From NCBI GenBank assembly GCA_963742405.1, contig CAVUMB010000010.1, positions 80,957-144,956 of the forward strand: a stretch of 64,000 bases of DNA, given 5' to 3'. Source of the stretch: an uncultured Alphaproteobacteria bacterium (GTDB lineage Bacteria; Pseudomonadota; Alphaproteobacteria; Rhizobiales; Hyphomicrobiaceae). The position numbers were made by a program, and so were the translations under genes. The notes beneath the pieces were generated by a model. That model searched no databases. It was given only the letters and a program-made list of their open reading frames with translations, and had not been told where the DNA came from. This document shows positions 26,686 through 37,176 of the stretch, piece after piece. Each line of letters begins with the position of its first letter. The first letter of the stretch is position 1.

Positions 26686-27420
26686 TCAATCACCGACCAG
26701 CAGAGCCTTGGCCTCGTTGATTTTCGACGCAAGATAGTTCGATCCACCAAGGTCGGGATGCACCTTCTTCATGAGTTCACGGTGCGCGCCGCGGATAGCC
26801 TCCGCATCCGATCCTTCGTTCAGGCCCAGAATTTCCAGCGCCTCCGCCCGCGTCATGCCTCCGGCTCGCGGCGACGAAGTTTGGTGCGCTGAACCTGCAT
26901 CGTGCGCCGGACCGCCCTGCCGTTCAATATCGTCGCGCCACGTCGGATGCCGCCGGTCGAGGTAGGCCTCCAGCACTTGTGCCGACTGAGGATCGCTGAA
27001 GGCATAGTCTTGCCACAGCAAAACGATGTCAGCCGGCGACAGCGCCTCGATCTCTTGTCCCGCGAACCGGCCCTTGCGGATCGCGCCGCGGATTGCACCC
27101 GTATCGTGATCGAGTTCCATTTCCAAATGATCCGTGAGGATCCGCGAACCTTGACCACCACTCGGCGTCGACTGTCCCCATCCGCCGCGGCCCCACGGCA
27201 GCACCCCGCGTCCCATCAGAAGGCCCCAGCCGGTGAACCCGATAAGCAGCGCAAAATCAATGCGCCCGCGCAACGCCATCCCCGCAGCAATCGCCATCAG
27301 CACCGCACCACCTAAAAAGCGAAGCTGGCGCGCGATAATCGCAGGATTGGCGTTGGTGAACCCGCGCACGGCGATGAGCCCGGCAACGAGCACGGCCAGC
27401 CCCGCGAGGAGATACACCAT
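26686..27420 (-). CDS. membrane-anchored J-domain (DnaJ-like) protein
   Basis: 244-aa ORF with N-terminal TM helices and a C-terminal J-domain ...AEALEILGLNEGSDAEAIRGAHRELMKKVHPDLGGSNYLASKINEAKALL (HPD motif). Confidence 0.75.
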   Translation of the reverse strand: MVYLLAGLAVLVAGLIAVRGFTNANPAIIARQLRFLGGAVLMAIAAGMALRGRIDFALLIGFTGWGLLMGRGVLPWGRGGWGQSTPSGGQGSRILTDHLEMELDHDTGAIRGAIRKGRFAGQEIEALSPADIVLLWQDYAFSDPQSAQVLEAYLDRRHPTWRDDIERQGGPAHDAGSAHQTSSPRAGGMTRAEALEILGLNEGSDAEAIRGAHRELMKKVHPDLGGSNYLASKINEAKALLVGD

Positions 27421-27427
27421 GGTCTTC

Positions 27428-28225
27428 TCACTCCCGCGGTTTCATCTGGGCCAGCAGCAGCCGGGCGCCCGTTTCGCCCGATCCCGCACTGAGTGCCAGA
27501 AGTGCCTTGCGGCCACCCGATGCGTACACCGCAACCGCCCGGAGTAACGCGCGCAACTGCTCAGCCGAACCAGCGTCGAAGCGGCACGTGGCCCCTTTCG
27601 TCAAGCGCGCGATTTCCGCATAGGCGCGCGTCACATCGGGATTGCCGCCTTCTTGGAACAGGAAGACAGGCAAGCCAAGAAGACCCAGGGCCCCGGCCTT
27701 CGCGCACACGCTGTCGATGTCTTCTTCCATCGCATCGCCGACGAAAACGACGGCGTTGACCCTTTGCTTGCCGGTCTCTTCTGCGGCATGCGTCAGCACC
27801 CGCCCCAACTGCGTCAGCCCGCCCCGGCACGACACGGTCGTCATCAGCCGTTGCAATTCGCCCGGATCCGACACCCAGCGCGACGCGCGACACTCGGCCG
27901 TGCCACGAAAAAAGACGAGCTGCACATCCAGTCCGCCGATGTCCTTGACCACAGCGAACATTTCGGACTGCAGCGACAGCGCCATGTCCCACGTCGGCTG
28001 CCGGCTCATCGTAGCATCCATTGCAAAGACGAGCCGCCCGCGTTGCCCAGTGACAGCCGGCGCCATCGTCTTCATTTTTGCAATGAAGTCCTGAACGTCG
28101 CCCGCGGTTTTCTGCCTCTGGATGGGCGCGCTCGTGCCGTCGGGCCGCACAACTGCCCCCTTGTCAGCGGTAGGGGCGCTATCCCGGTTCGGCGTTGGAC
28201 GCTTGTCCTTTGTGCTCATGATCAT
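27428..28225 (-). CDS. VWA (von Willebrand factor A) domain protein
   Basis: 265-aa ORF. MIDAS-like start LVFAMDATMSR, then alternating beta/alpha pattern VQLVFF...AVVFVGDAMEE. It ends 7 nt before the J-domain gene. Confidence 0.65.
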   Translation of the reverse strand: MIMSTKDKRPTPNRDSAPTADKGAVVRPDGTSAPIQRQKTAGDVQDFIAKMKTMAPAVTGQRGRLVFAMDATMSRQPTWDMALSLQSEMFAVVKDIGGLDVQLVFFRGTAECRASRWVSDPGELQRLMTTVSCRGGLTQLGRVLTHAAEETGKQRVNAVVFVGDAMEEDIDSVCAKAGALGLLGLPVFLFQEGGNPDVTRAYAEIARLTKGATCRFDAGSAEQLRALLRAVAVYASGGRKALLALSAGSGETGARLLLAQMKPRE

Positions 28226-28262
28226 ATTTTGGGGATCGTGCGCCCCGGCGGCAAGGCCGATC

Positions 28263-31200
28263 TCAACTGTCGTCCTTAACTGCGAGCGTTAGGAGCTGCA
28301 CATTGCCGCCCGTCGCCGTGATGTCGGTCGTTCGAACCCGTTCGGTTGCAAACCGTTGCACATATGACGGCCCACCTGCTTTAGGACCGCTACCGGACAA
28401 GCCCTCACCGCCGAAAGGCTGCACGCCAGGCACGGCGCCGATCTGGTTCCGGTTGACATAAAGATTGCCGACGCGCGCTTCCCGCGCCACCTGGTCGGCC
28501 ACCGCTTCGATCCGGCTATGCAGGCCGAGCGTCAAGCCATATCCCGACGCATTAATCGCCTCGATGACCTTACCAAGCCCGCCGCGCGAAAAACGGACCA
28601 CATGCAGGATGGGCCCGAACACTTCACCGGATAAGAAGCGACAGCCGGTCGATTTCGTAGCATGCCGGCGAAACGTAGGTGCCCGCGCGCACACTCTGCG
28701 GCAACGGCAGATCGATCAGTTCTCGCGCCTGATCCTGCATCCGCAGCTTATGCGTTTCCAGCGCGTCCTGCGCCGCCTCATCGATAACCGGACCGATGTC
28801 GGTCTCGAACGTCAGCGGATCGCCGATCTTCAGCGCCGCGATGGCGCCGGTCAGCATCGGGATGGTCTTGTCGGCGATATCGTCCTGCAGAAACAAAACG
28901 CGCGCGGCCGAGCAGCGCTGCCCCGCGCTGTCGAATGCGGAGCGGACGGCATCGCGTACAATCTGCTCGGGCAGCGCGCTTGAATTGGCAATCATCGCAT
29001 TCAGACCGCCGGTCTCCGCAATGAATGGCACAATCGGACCCCGCCGATCTGCGAGCGCCTTTTGAATGGCCCAACCGCTGTCGTTCGAACCTGTAAAGGC
29101 CACGCCCTTAATACGGGCGTCCTTGACGAGCGCGGCACCGACATCAGCGCCACCGGGCAGAAAATGCAAAACGTTGCCCGGTACGCCGGCTTCATGCAGC
29201 AGTTTGATGGCCATCCAGCCGACGATCGGCGTCTGATCTGCCGGCTTGGCGAGCACCGGATTGCCGGCCGCAAGCGCCGCCGCCACCTGCCCAACGAAGA
29301 TCGCCAGCGGAAAATTCCACGGCGCAATGCACGCAAACGGCCCGCGCGCGCGCCACTCGATCGTGCTGATTTCTCCAGTCGTGCTGGTGAGCCCGACTGG
29401 CTCGGCAAAGTGTTTACGCGCCTGGAAAGCGTAATAACGCAGAAAATCCGCCGTTTCGCGAACCTCGGCCAGCGCATTGGGAATGGTTCGCCCCGCTTCC
29501 CGAACGAGGACCGCCATCAGCCGCGATCGGTCGCGCTCGATAAGATCGGCCGCCTGATCGAGGATTTTTGCCCGCGCCGGACCGCCGACCCGGTCCCAGG
29601 CAAAAGCGGCGGCCGTCGCCGCATTGAGCGCGGCATCGATCTGAGCCGCCGACGCGGGACGCACCGTACCGATCCGTTGACTGCGGTCGTGCGGGCAAAG
29701 AACGAGGCTGGCGAGCCCCACACCGGCCTCTACATTTTGGGCAACGATAGCGGCGGCTTCATAACTAAGGCCGAGCGCCGCGTTCATTTCCGCCAGCAGT
29801 CCCGCCCGAACGACGGAGTTGTCGAGTGCCAGGCCGGCCGAGTTGCGACGCTCGGGCCAGAACACGTCGCGCGGCTTCACCAGCGGCTTTGCCGCATTTA
29901 CGCCCCCGGCCCGGTCGCGTTCCGCCTCCTCCACCGGATCACGAATGATGCGCGAGATCGGCATTTCGTCGTCAGCCAGACGATTAACGAACGACGTGTT
30001 CGCACCATTCTCAAGCAGCCGGCGAACGAGGTAGCCCAACAGATCTTCATGATCGCCCACGGGCGCATAGATGCGGCACGGACGGGCCTCACTTATCCCC
30101 GGTCCTGCAGTTCCCCCCACGATGGTCTCATAGATCCCTTCACCCATGCCGTGCAGTCGTTGGAATTCAAACGGCGTATGCCCGCCAGCCACCATCGCCG
30201 CCGCAATCGTGTGGGCGTTGTGCGAGGCAAACTGGCAGATGAATTGCTCCGGATACGTCAGCATCAGGCGCATGCAGGCCAGATATGAGACGTCGGTGTT
30301 GCGTTTGCGCGTGAAGACGGGGTAGTCGGCAAGCCCTCGCTCCTGCGCCCATTTGATTTCGCTGTCCCAGTAGGCCCCTTTGACCAGACGAATGGGAATA
30401 CGACGCCCCCGCTCCTCCGCGATCCGCCGTAACCACCGCAACACAGGCACTGCACGGCGACCATACGCCTGCACGGCGATCCCAAGGCCGTTCCACAATC
30501 CGACAGCCGGATTGGCGAAAGCCTCGCCGAAAATCTTCAGTGTCGGCTCCAGCCGATCCTGCTCTTCCGCATCGACCGTAAGGCCAAGACCGCGCGACTT
30601 GGCGTGGTGCACGAGTGCGTTGAGCCGCGGCAACAGTTCCTTCAACAAACGGTCGTCTTGTCCGGCCTCAAAACGCGGATGCAGCGCCGACAACTTCACC
30701 GAAATGGACGGGCGTGGGATAATGGCATCAGCGTTGACCGCTTGTAGCGGCCCCACCGATAGCCCGACCGCGTCGATGGCTGCCACGTACCGCTGAAAAT
30801 AGCGCTCCGCATCCGCTTCCGACCGCGCCGCTTCGCCCAGCATATCGTAGGAAAAGCGATAGCCCTTCTGCTCGTATGATTTCGCCCGTGCGATCGCATC
30901 CTCAATGGTGCGGCCTAGCACGAACTGCTCGCCCAAAAGCTTGACCGCCTGCCGGATCGCCTGCCGGATAAATGGTTCCCCCGACCGACCCACGAGCCTC
31001 TTCAACGCATCGATCGCATTCGACGATTGGCTGTCTTTCAGCTTGACCAACCGACCGGTCAGCATCAGTCCCCAGGTGGACGCATTGACGAACAAACTGT
31101 CGGAATGTCCCCGGTGCTTGTCCCAATTACCGTGCGCAATCTTCTCCGCGATGAATGCATCCGCCGTCTCGGAATCGGGAATGCGCAGCAAGGCCTCCGC

Positions 31201-31521
31201 AAGGCACATCAGAATGATGCCTTCGTCGCTCGACAGGCCATATTCACGCATGAAAGCGTCGATCCCGCCGTGCTGGGCTTGGCTGGCTCTTGCATCCTGC
31301 ACCAAGCGTCGGGCGATCTCGGCCGTGCGGCGGCGCTCGTCTTCGGTATAGACAGCCCGTTCGATCAACCCGCCAACCAGACGATGTTCGTCGATCAGAT
31401 GGTGCGCTGCGATTTCATCGATCGTCGGCAGCCGTCCAACCGTGGACCGCACTGCTGCCCCCGCTTCTGCGCCCCCCGTAACCGGTGCCTTGCGTACCGC
31501 CACCATCTTTGCCGGTCCCAC
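28263..31521 (-). pseudogene. putA: bifunctional proline dehydrogenase / L-glutamate gamma-semialdehyde dehydrogenase PutA, frameshifted as sequenced
   Basis: ORF 28624..31521 (965 aa, PRODH + ALDH) ends ...GTYVSPACYEIDRLSLLIR*. ORF 28263..28694 continues in another frame with ...SGEVFGPILHVVRF...FGGEGLSGSGPKAGGP. Removing one base near 28632 restores ...RLSLLSGEVFGP. Span is 3259 nt = 3n+1. Confidence 0.85.
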
Positions 31522-31666
31522 CGCTGACGCCCGCGTCGGGCGATTCGATCCGGTTTCCAGACTAGCAGATCAGCGCGCGAAATGCGGCATCACACAGCCT
31601 CTTGACGCCGGCGCCCGACAACGGTTCTGTTTCAGGCGAATCTCTCGTTCACGCACTGAGGAACCG

Positions 31667-32515
31667 ATGCCGCCGCCCCGGATCGTCCGTACCGTCAAAG
31701 CTTTACGCGCGACCGTTCAGAAGTGGCGCAGCGCCGGCGAGAGCGTGGCATTGGTGCCGACGATGGGCGCGCTGCACGACGGCCATCTGTCGCTCGTCAC
31801 CCTTGGCCGGCGCAAGGCAAACCGGACGGTCGTTTCCATCTTCGTCAACCCGACCCAGTTCGGCCCTGCCGAAGACCTCTCGCGTTATCCGCGCGACGAA
31901 ACGGGCGACGCCAAGAAACTCGGGGCGGCCGGGGTCGATGTCATTTGGGCGCCCGCTGCAGACGAAATGTACAGCAACGGATTTGCAACCACCGTGACAC
32001 CGATGGGCGCGGCGCTCCCACTCGATGGCGAATTCCGGCCGGGTCACTTTGCCGGCGTCGCAACCGTTTGCACCAAGCTCTTTTCGCAAGTTGGTCCGGA
32101 CATCGCGATCTTTGGCGAGAAGGACTACCAACAGCTGTGCGTCATCCGCCAAGTGGTGCGCGATCTCAACTTGCCACTGAAGATCGTCGCCGCACCGACC
32201 TCGCGCGACCGTGACGGTTTGGCCCGCTCCTCGCGCAACGCTTACCTGACGGCGGCCGAGCGCGCGGCCGCCCCTGCTCTCCACCGCGCACTCAAGGGCA
32301 TCGCGGCCATTGCGGCGACTAGCGGCTTGATCAACAAGGCGATCGAAGTCGCGACCCATGATTTGCTCGCCGCCGGCTTCGCCAAGATCGATTACCTGAC
32401 CCTCCGCGACGCGGACACACTGGGCGCCTACGAGCCCAACGTCGGCCGACCCGGTCGCATACTCGCCGCCGCGTGGCTCGGCTCGACCCGATTGATCGAC
32501 AATATCGCCATTTAG
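31667..32515 (+). CDS. panC: pantoate--beta-alanine ligase
   Basis: ORF 31442..32515 trimmed to ATG 31667 (GAGGAA SD): ...VALVPTMGALHDGHLSLV...VSIFVNPTQF...FGEKDYQQ. Confidence 0.9.
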   Translation: MPPPRIVRTVKALRATVQKWRSAGESVALVPTMGALHDGHLSLVTLGRRKANRTVVSIFVNPTQFGPAEDLSRYPRDETGDAKKLGAAGVDVIWAPAADEMYSNGFATTVTPMGAALPLDGEFRPGHFAGVATVCTKLFSQVGPDIAIFGEKDYQQLCVIRQVVRDLNLPLKIVAAPTSRDRDGLARSSRNAYLTAAERAAAPALHRALKGIAAIAATSGLINKAIEVATHDLLAAGFAKIDYLTLRDADTLGAYEPNVGRPGRILAAAWLGSTRLIDNIAI

Positions 32516-32602
32516 GCCGACGTTGCCGCTACGACCGTGCACGGGTCTTTAACGCGGCACGGGCATGATGCGGTTCCTTGGCAGATTGGGGACAAGCATC
32601 GG

Positions 32603-33088
32603 ATGTTCGAGCGCAACCGCGTCGATAATGCAAACGATCCGACGGTAGCGATCGAGATCGGCCTCGCCGACGGTACGACCATCACCGGCCGGGCTGCGCT
32701 TGGCAAGGGAAAGCCCCTGCATCGCCTGCTCGACGGCGACGAGAAGTTTCTGTTCGTCGAATGCTTCGAGGGCGAAGCACAGTTCATCGCCAAGTTGGAC
32801 ATCAAGTCCGTTAAGGTGATCCCGACCCAGCGCCCCCGCGCCCTCACGTTATCTTTGCCCGATGCCACGAGTTTCGATCCGCATCGTCTGCTCGGTGTCG
32901 CCAAGGACGTCCCGTGGGACGACGTCCGCGCCGCCTACCATCGCATGACGAAGCTGTACCATCCCGACAAATTCGAAAGCGTCGATTTGCCGGACGAGGT
33001 GCGCGCTTACCTCGTCGCCATGACGAAGGAGATCAACACCGCGTTCCGCACGCTGCGCTCGGCGGCCAGCGGTGGCCGCGCCGCTTAG
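32603..33088 (+). CDS. J-domain protein with uncharacterised N-terminal domain
   Basis: ORF 32537..33088. C-terminal DPHRLLGVAKDVPWDDVRAAYHRMTKLYHPDKF (HPD). Start is uncertain (GTG 32537 or ATG 32603). Confidence 0.6.
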   Translation: MFERNRVDNANDPTVAIEIGLADGTTITGRAALGKGKPLHRLLDGDEKFLFVECFEGEAQFIAKLDIKSVKVIPTQRPRALTLSLPDATSFDPHRLLGVAKDVPWDDVRAAYHRMTKLYHPDKFESVDLPDEVRAYLVAMTKEINTAFRTLRSAASGGRAA

Positions 33089-33157
33089 GCGCACGCAGTC
33101 CACGCCTCGGATAAACCTGCTAGTATCCATCCTAGTGCAGCGCTCCGGGGGGAGAGC

Positions 33158-34438
33158 ATGATGGAACACTTGCAGGGGCTCATCGGCCTCCTCACTATTC
33201 CACTGATCGCGTGGCTCTTCAGCGAACGGCGTTCTGCGCTTTCGCCGGCCGTTATCGCCCGACTTACGGCGGTTTCCGTTGCCATGCAGTTCGTCATCGC
33301 CGGCACACTGCTCAACGTTCCTTTTTTACGTAGCCTGTTTGAATGGCCAAGCCTTGCCATCAACGCGCTCCAGGCTGCCACGCTCGATGGTGTCCGCCTC
33401 GTCTTTGGCCACCTCGCCGGCGGACCGGCACCCTACGATATCGTACGACCCGAGCAGAGTTTCACGCTCGCTTTTCAGGCGCTGCCGCTGATCCTTCTCG
33501 TGAGTGTTTTATCCAAATTGCTTTATCACTGGGGAATTCTGCAGCGGGTCGTGCACGCCTTCGCCTGGGCGCTCAATCGCACGATGGCGGTCGACGGTCC
33601 CGTTGCAACGGGTGCGGCGGCCAACATTTTCGTCGGAATGGTCGAAGCCCCTCTACTCGTCAAACCCTACCTGCGCTCCATGAGCAGATCCGGCTTGTTT
33701 GCGACCATGACCGTTGGAATGGCCGGCATCGCTGGCACCGTGCTCGCGCTTTATGCCAGCGTGATCGGCAACAGCGTGCCGGGCGCGGCAGGGCATCTCA
33801 TCGTCGCCTCCGTGATCAGCGTCCCCGCCGCGCTCCTGATCTCCGCCCTCATGGTGCCGGGCGAGGACGCCGGCATAAAGCCGCCCGCCGACATCGTTCT
33901 CGATGCTGAACCCCAATCAGCTATGGAAGCCATCGCCGAGGGCACGCGCGAAGGGATCAATCTCCTCGTCGGCGTCACGGCCATGCTGATCGTGGCCGTG
34001 GCCCTGGTCTCGCTCGTCAACATGGCGCTCGCGGCGATTGGTAGCCCGTTCGGGATTGACCTGACGCTGCAGCGCATGTTGGGATGGATACTCTCTCCGC
34101 TCGCCTTCGCCATCGGGATCCCCTGGGCCGAAGCCGCGACCGCCGGCAGCCTCCTCGGCATCAAGACGATCCTCAACGAATTCGTCGCCTATTTGCAGAT
34201 GGCCGCCCTGCCGGAGGGCGCACTAACTGATCGCTCACGGCTGATCATGACGTATGCCCTTTGTGGATTTGCCAATTTCGGCAGTCTTGGCATCATGCTG
34301 GGCGGTCTCATTGCCATGGTCCCCGAACGCCGCGCCGAGATCACGGACCTCGGCCTGCGCACGATACTCTCAGGGACGCTGGCGACGCTCCTGACGGCAG
34401 CAGTGGTGGGCCTCGTGTCGCCGCTGACCGGCCCCTAG
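33158..34438 (+). CDS. NupC/NupG-family concentrative nucleoside transporter
   Basis: 426-aa polytopic membrane ORF: MMEHLQGLIGLLTIPLIAWLFSE...NEFVAYL...ALCGFANFGSLGI. Confidence 0.8.
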   Translation: MMEHLQGLIGLLTIPLIAWLFSERRSALSPAVIARLTAVSVAMQFVIAGTLLNVPFLRSLFEWPSLAINALQAATLDGVRLVFGHLAGGPAPYDIVRPEQSFTLAFQALPLILLVSVLSKLLYHWGILQRVVHAFAWALNRTMAVDGPVATGAAANIFVGMVEAPLLVKPYLRSMSRSGLFATMTVGMAGIAGTVLALYASVIGNSVPGAAGHLIVASVISVPAALLISALMVPGEDAGIKPPADIVLDAEPQSAMEAIAEGTREGINLLVGVTAMLIVAVALVSLVNMALAAIGSPFGIDLTLQRMLGWILSPLAFAIGIPWAEAATAGSLLGIKTILNEFVAYLQMAALPEGALTDRSRLIMTYALCGFANFGSLGIMLGGLIAMVPERRAEITDLGLRTILSGTLATLLTAAVVGLVSPLTGP

Positions 34439-34473
34439 GAAATACTTGAAATGATATCGACGGAGACCTGATC

Positions 34474-34875
34474 ATGGACGTTCCGAAGAACCAATCCCCC
34501 AATAACACCATCAGTCGTTTGATCCATTACGCCGAGAACGCCTTCCTCCTCGTCATCGGACTGTTCACCGTCGTCGCCATGGCGCAAGAAATCTGGATCA
34601 TCGTTGAGGGCCGCTCCGTCGCCCTCAAGGATCTGCTCCTGATGTTCATCTATGTCGAGGTGCTGGCCATGGTCGGCGTCTACTACGACAGCAAGAAGAT
34701 CCCCATCACGCTGCCGCTCTTCATCGCGATAACCGCGCTTGCCCGACTCGTCATCCTGCAGGGCAAGGACCAGCCACCGGTCAATCTGCTCTATGAGAGC
34801 GCTGCGGTTCTGTTGCTTGCCTTGGCGTGTGTTGTCATCACCTATAAGCCCGGCAGCAAAAGCGACACCGAATAG
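34474..34875 (+). CDS. psiE: phosphate-starvation-inducible protein PsiE family
   Basis: 133-aa 4-TM ORF with the pattern LLMFIYVEVLAMVGVYY...IPITLPLFIAITALARLVIL. Confidence 0.7.
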   Translation: MDVPKNQSPNNTISRLIHYAENAFLLVIGLFTVVAMAQEIWIIVEGRSVALKDLLLMFIYVEVLAMVGVYYDSKKIPITLPLFIAITALARLVILQGKDQPPVNLLYESAAVLLLALACVVITYKPGSKSDTE

Positions 34876-34878
34876 CAG

Positions 34879-35388
34879 TCAAACGCGCGCGGCGAGTTGC
34901 AGCCCGGCAAAGAACGTCGCGAACGTATGTGCGAGAAGACTGATGTTACCCATGCCCTCGATGGTCCCATCCGTTTCGTCGAGATCAGGTTCGCGTTCCT
35001 GATCCCAGAAGTAAACCTTGCCGCGGGCATCGCCCGCGATCCCAAGGCAGATCGCATTGCCGGTGCTGTCGTCCATGATCCAGATGAGATCGCGAGGAAT
35101 GCGCGCCAGCCAGTCCTGATAGGTGGACCGCGCCGTACGCAAATCCATGTGCGGTTCGGCTCGCAATCCGCCGATGTGGTGCAGATCTGAATCGATGAGT
35201 TCGCCATCCGCGGTCGTGCCGCTGATTAGTAGCGCCCCGCCAACCCAGCCGCCGTTTACCGCCATGAGAAACGCGCGATAGTCGTCCGGCAGGTCAATGC
35301 CGATGTCCTTCTCGAAGCCAACGACCTCCGCTTCAGACAGCGGCGTGCCCGGCCTGGCAAGATACGTGCGAAATTCATCGAGGGTCAT
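34879..35388 (-). CDS. SMI1/KNR4 (SUKH-1) family protein
   Basis: ORF 34879..35709 trimmed to ATG 35388 (AGGA SD): ...LSEAEVVGFEKDIGIDLPDDYRAFLMAVNGG...GKVYFWDQE, classic SUKH-1 pattern. Confidence 0.75.
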   Translation of the reverse strand: MTLDEFRTYLARPGTPLSEAEVVGFEKDIGIDLPDDYRAFLMAVNGGWVGGALLISGTTADGELIDSDLHHIGGLRAEPHMDLRTARSTYQDWLARIPRDLIWIMDDSTGNAICLGIAGDARGKVYFWDQEREPDLDETDGTIEGMGNISLLAHTFATFFAGLQLAARV

Positions 35389-35638
35389 GGCATATCCTGA
35401 GGCGATGATGAGGCCGCCCAGATGCGCGAGTTTCATGGCCGCAAAACGGCAAACTATGTGCAGCGCATTAATGAAGCAGCACGGCCCGAAGGGCCAGATC
35501 GCAACGCGGTCCGCGGCAAGTCGCGCCCAGCCGCAAGAAGGCCCAACGGGCCTAGCGCCCAAGGGCCGTCGGCGCAAGCGCCGCCCCGCGGAGCCGGCCC
35601 GGGCGCGGCACGCGCCCGGAAAAGCCGGCGTGAGCGAA

Positions 35639-37172
35639 CTAAAGCGGAATATTATCGTGCTTCTTCCAGGGATTTTCGAGCGTCTTGTTACGCAGCATGT
35701 TGAGGCCACGGCAGATGCGGCGGCGCGTGCCGTGCGGCAGGATCACCTCGTCGATATACCCGCGCTCGGCGGCAACGAACGGATTGGCGAAGCGCGCCTT
35801 GTACTCTTCGATGCGCGCCGCGATCTTGGCCGGATCGCCGATGTCGGCGCGATAGATGATTTCGGCCGCACCCTTGGCGCCCATAACCGCGATTTCGGCG
35901 GTCGGCCAGGCGTAATTGAGATCGCCGCGAATATGCTTCGAGCTCATCACATCGTAGGCGCCGCCATAGGCCTTACGCGTGATGACGGTGATCTTGGCCA
36001 CGGTGGCTTCCGTGTAGGCGAAGAGCAGTTTGGCGCCGTGCTTGATCAAGCCGCCGTATTCCTGCGCCGTGCCTGGAAGGAAGCCCGGGACATCGACGAA
36101 GGTGACGAGCGGGATTTCGAAACAGTCGCAAAAACGCACGAAGCGGGCCGCTTTGCGCGAGGCGTCACTGTCGAGAACGCCGGCCAGCACCATCGGCTGA
36201 TTGGCGACGATACCGACCGTGCGTCCCTCCATGCGGGCGAAGCCGGTCAGGATGTTGCGGGCGAAGTTCTCCTGGATCTCCATGAAGTCGGCTTCATCGA
36301 CGACCTTCAGGATCAGTTCCTTCATGTCGTAGGGCTTGTTCGGGTTGTCGGGGATCATCGTATCGAGCGAGCGATCCTCGCGATCGGGGCTATCCGAGCG
36401 TCGGCAGCTCGGGCACGCCCGACTTGTTGTTGGAGGGCAGGAAATCCATCAGGCGACGCATCTGCAGCAACGCTTCCAGATCATTCTCGAAGGCACCGTC
36501 GGCGACCGAGGACTTCGACGTGTGAACCCTGGCCCCGCCCAACTCTTCCGCAGTCACGGTTTCGTTGGTCACGGTTTTTACGACATCGGGACCCGTGACG
36601 AACATGTAGCTCGTGTCCTTCACCATGAAGATGAAGTCGGTCATGGCGGGCGAATAGACGTCACCGCCGGCGCACGGTCCCATGATAACGGAAATCTGCG
36701 GAATGACGCCCGAAGCCATTACGTTGCGGGTGAAGACCTCGCCGTAACCGCCGAGCGCGTCCACGCCTTCCTGAATGCGCGCACCGCCCGCATCGAAGAG
36801 CCCGATGATCGGCGCGCGATTCTTCAACGCCATATCCTGGATCTTCGTCATCTTGCGCGCGTGGCTCTCCGACAGAGAGCCGCCGAGCACGGTGAAGTCC
36901 TTGGCGAAAACATAAACGACGCGGCCGTTGATGGTGCCCCAGCCGGTGACGACACCGTCGCCTGGTGTCTTGTTCTTCTCCATGCCGAATTCGTTGCAGC
37001 GGTGCTCGACGAAGGTGTCGAACTCTTCAAACGAATTTTCGTCCATCAGCAGCTCGATGCGCTCGCGCGCCGTCAGCTTGCCCTTGGAATGCTGCGCGTC
37101 GATACGTGCCTGACCGCCGCCCAGGCGGGCGTTGTCGCGGCGGCGCTGCAGCTCTTCGATGACGTCCTTCAT
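35639..37172 (-). pseudogene. pccB: propionyl-CoA carboxylase beta subunit (carboxyltransferase), frameshifted as sequenced
   Basis: ORF 36390..37586 (from ATG 37172: [20 protein letters not shown]...) ends ...[11 protein letters not shown] 35639..36358 holds the C-terminal half. The other frame reads [25 protein letters not shown] across the gap. There is one extra base near 36399. Span is 1534 nt = 3n+1. Confidence 0.85.
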
Positions 37173-37176
37173 GGAT

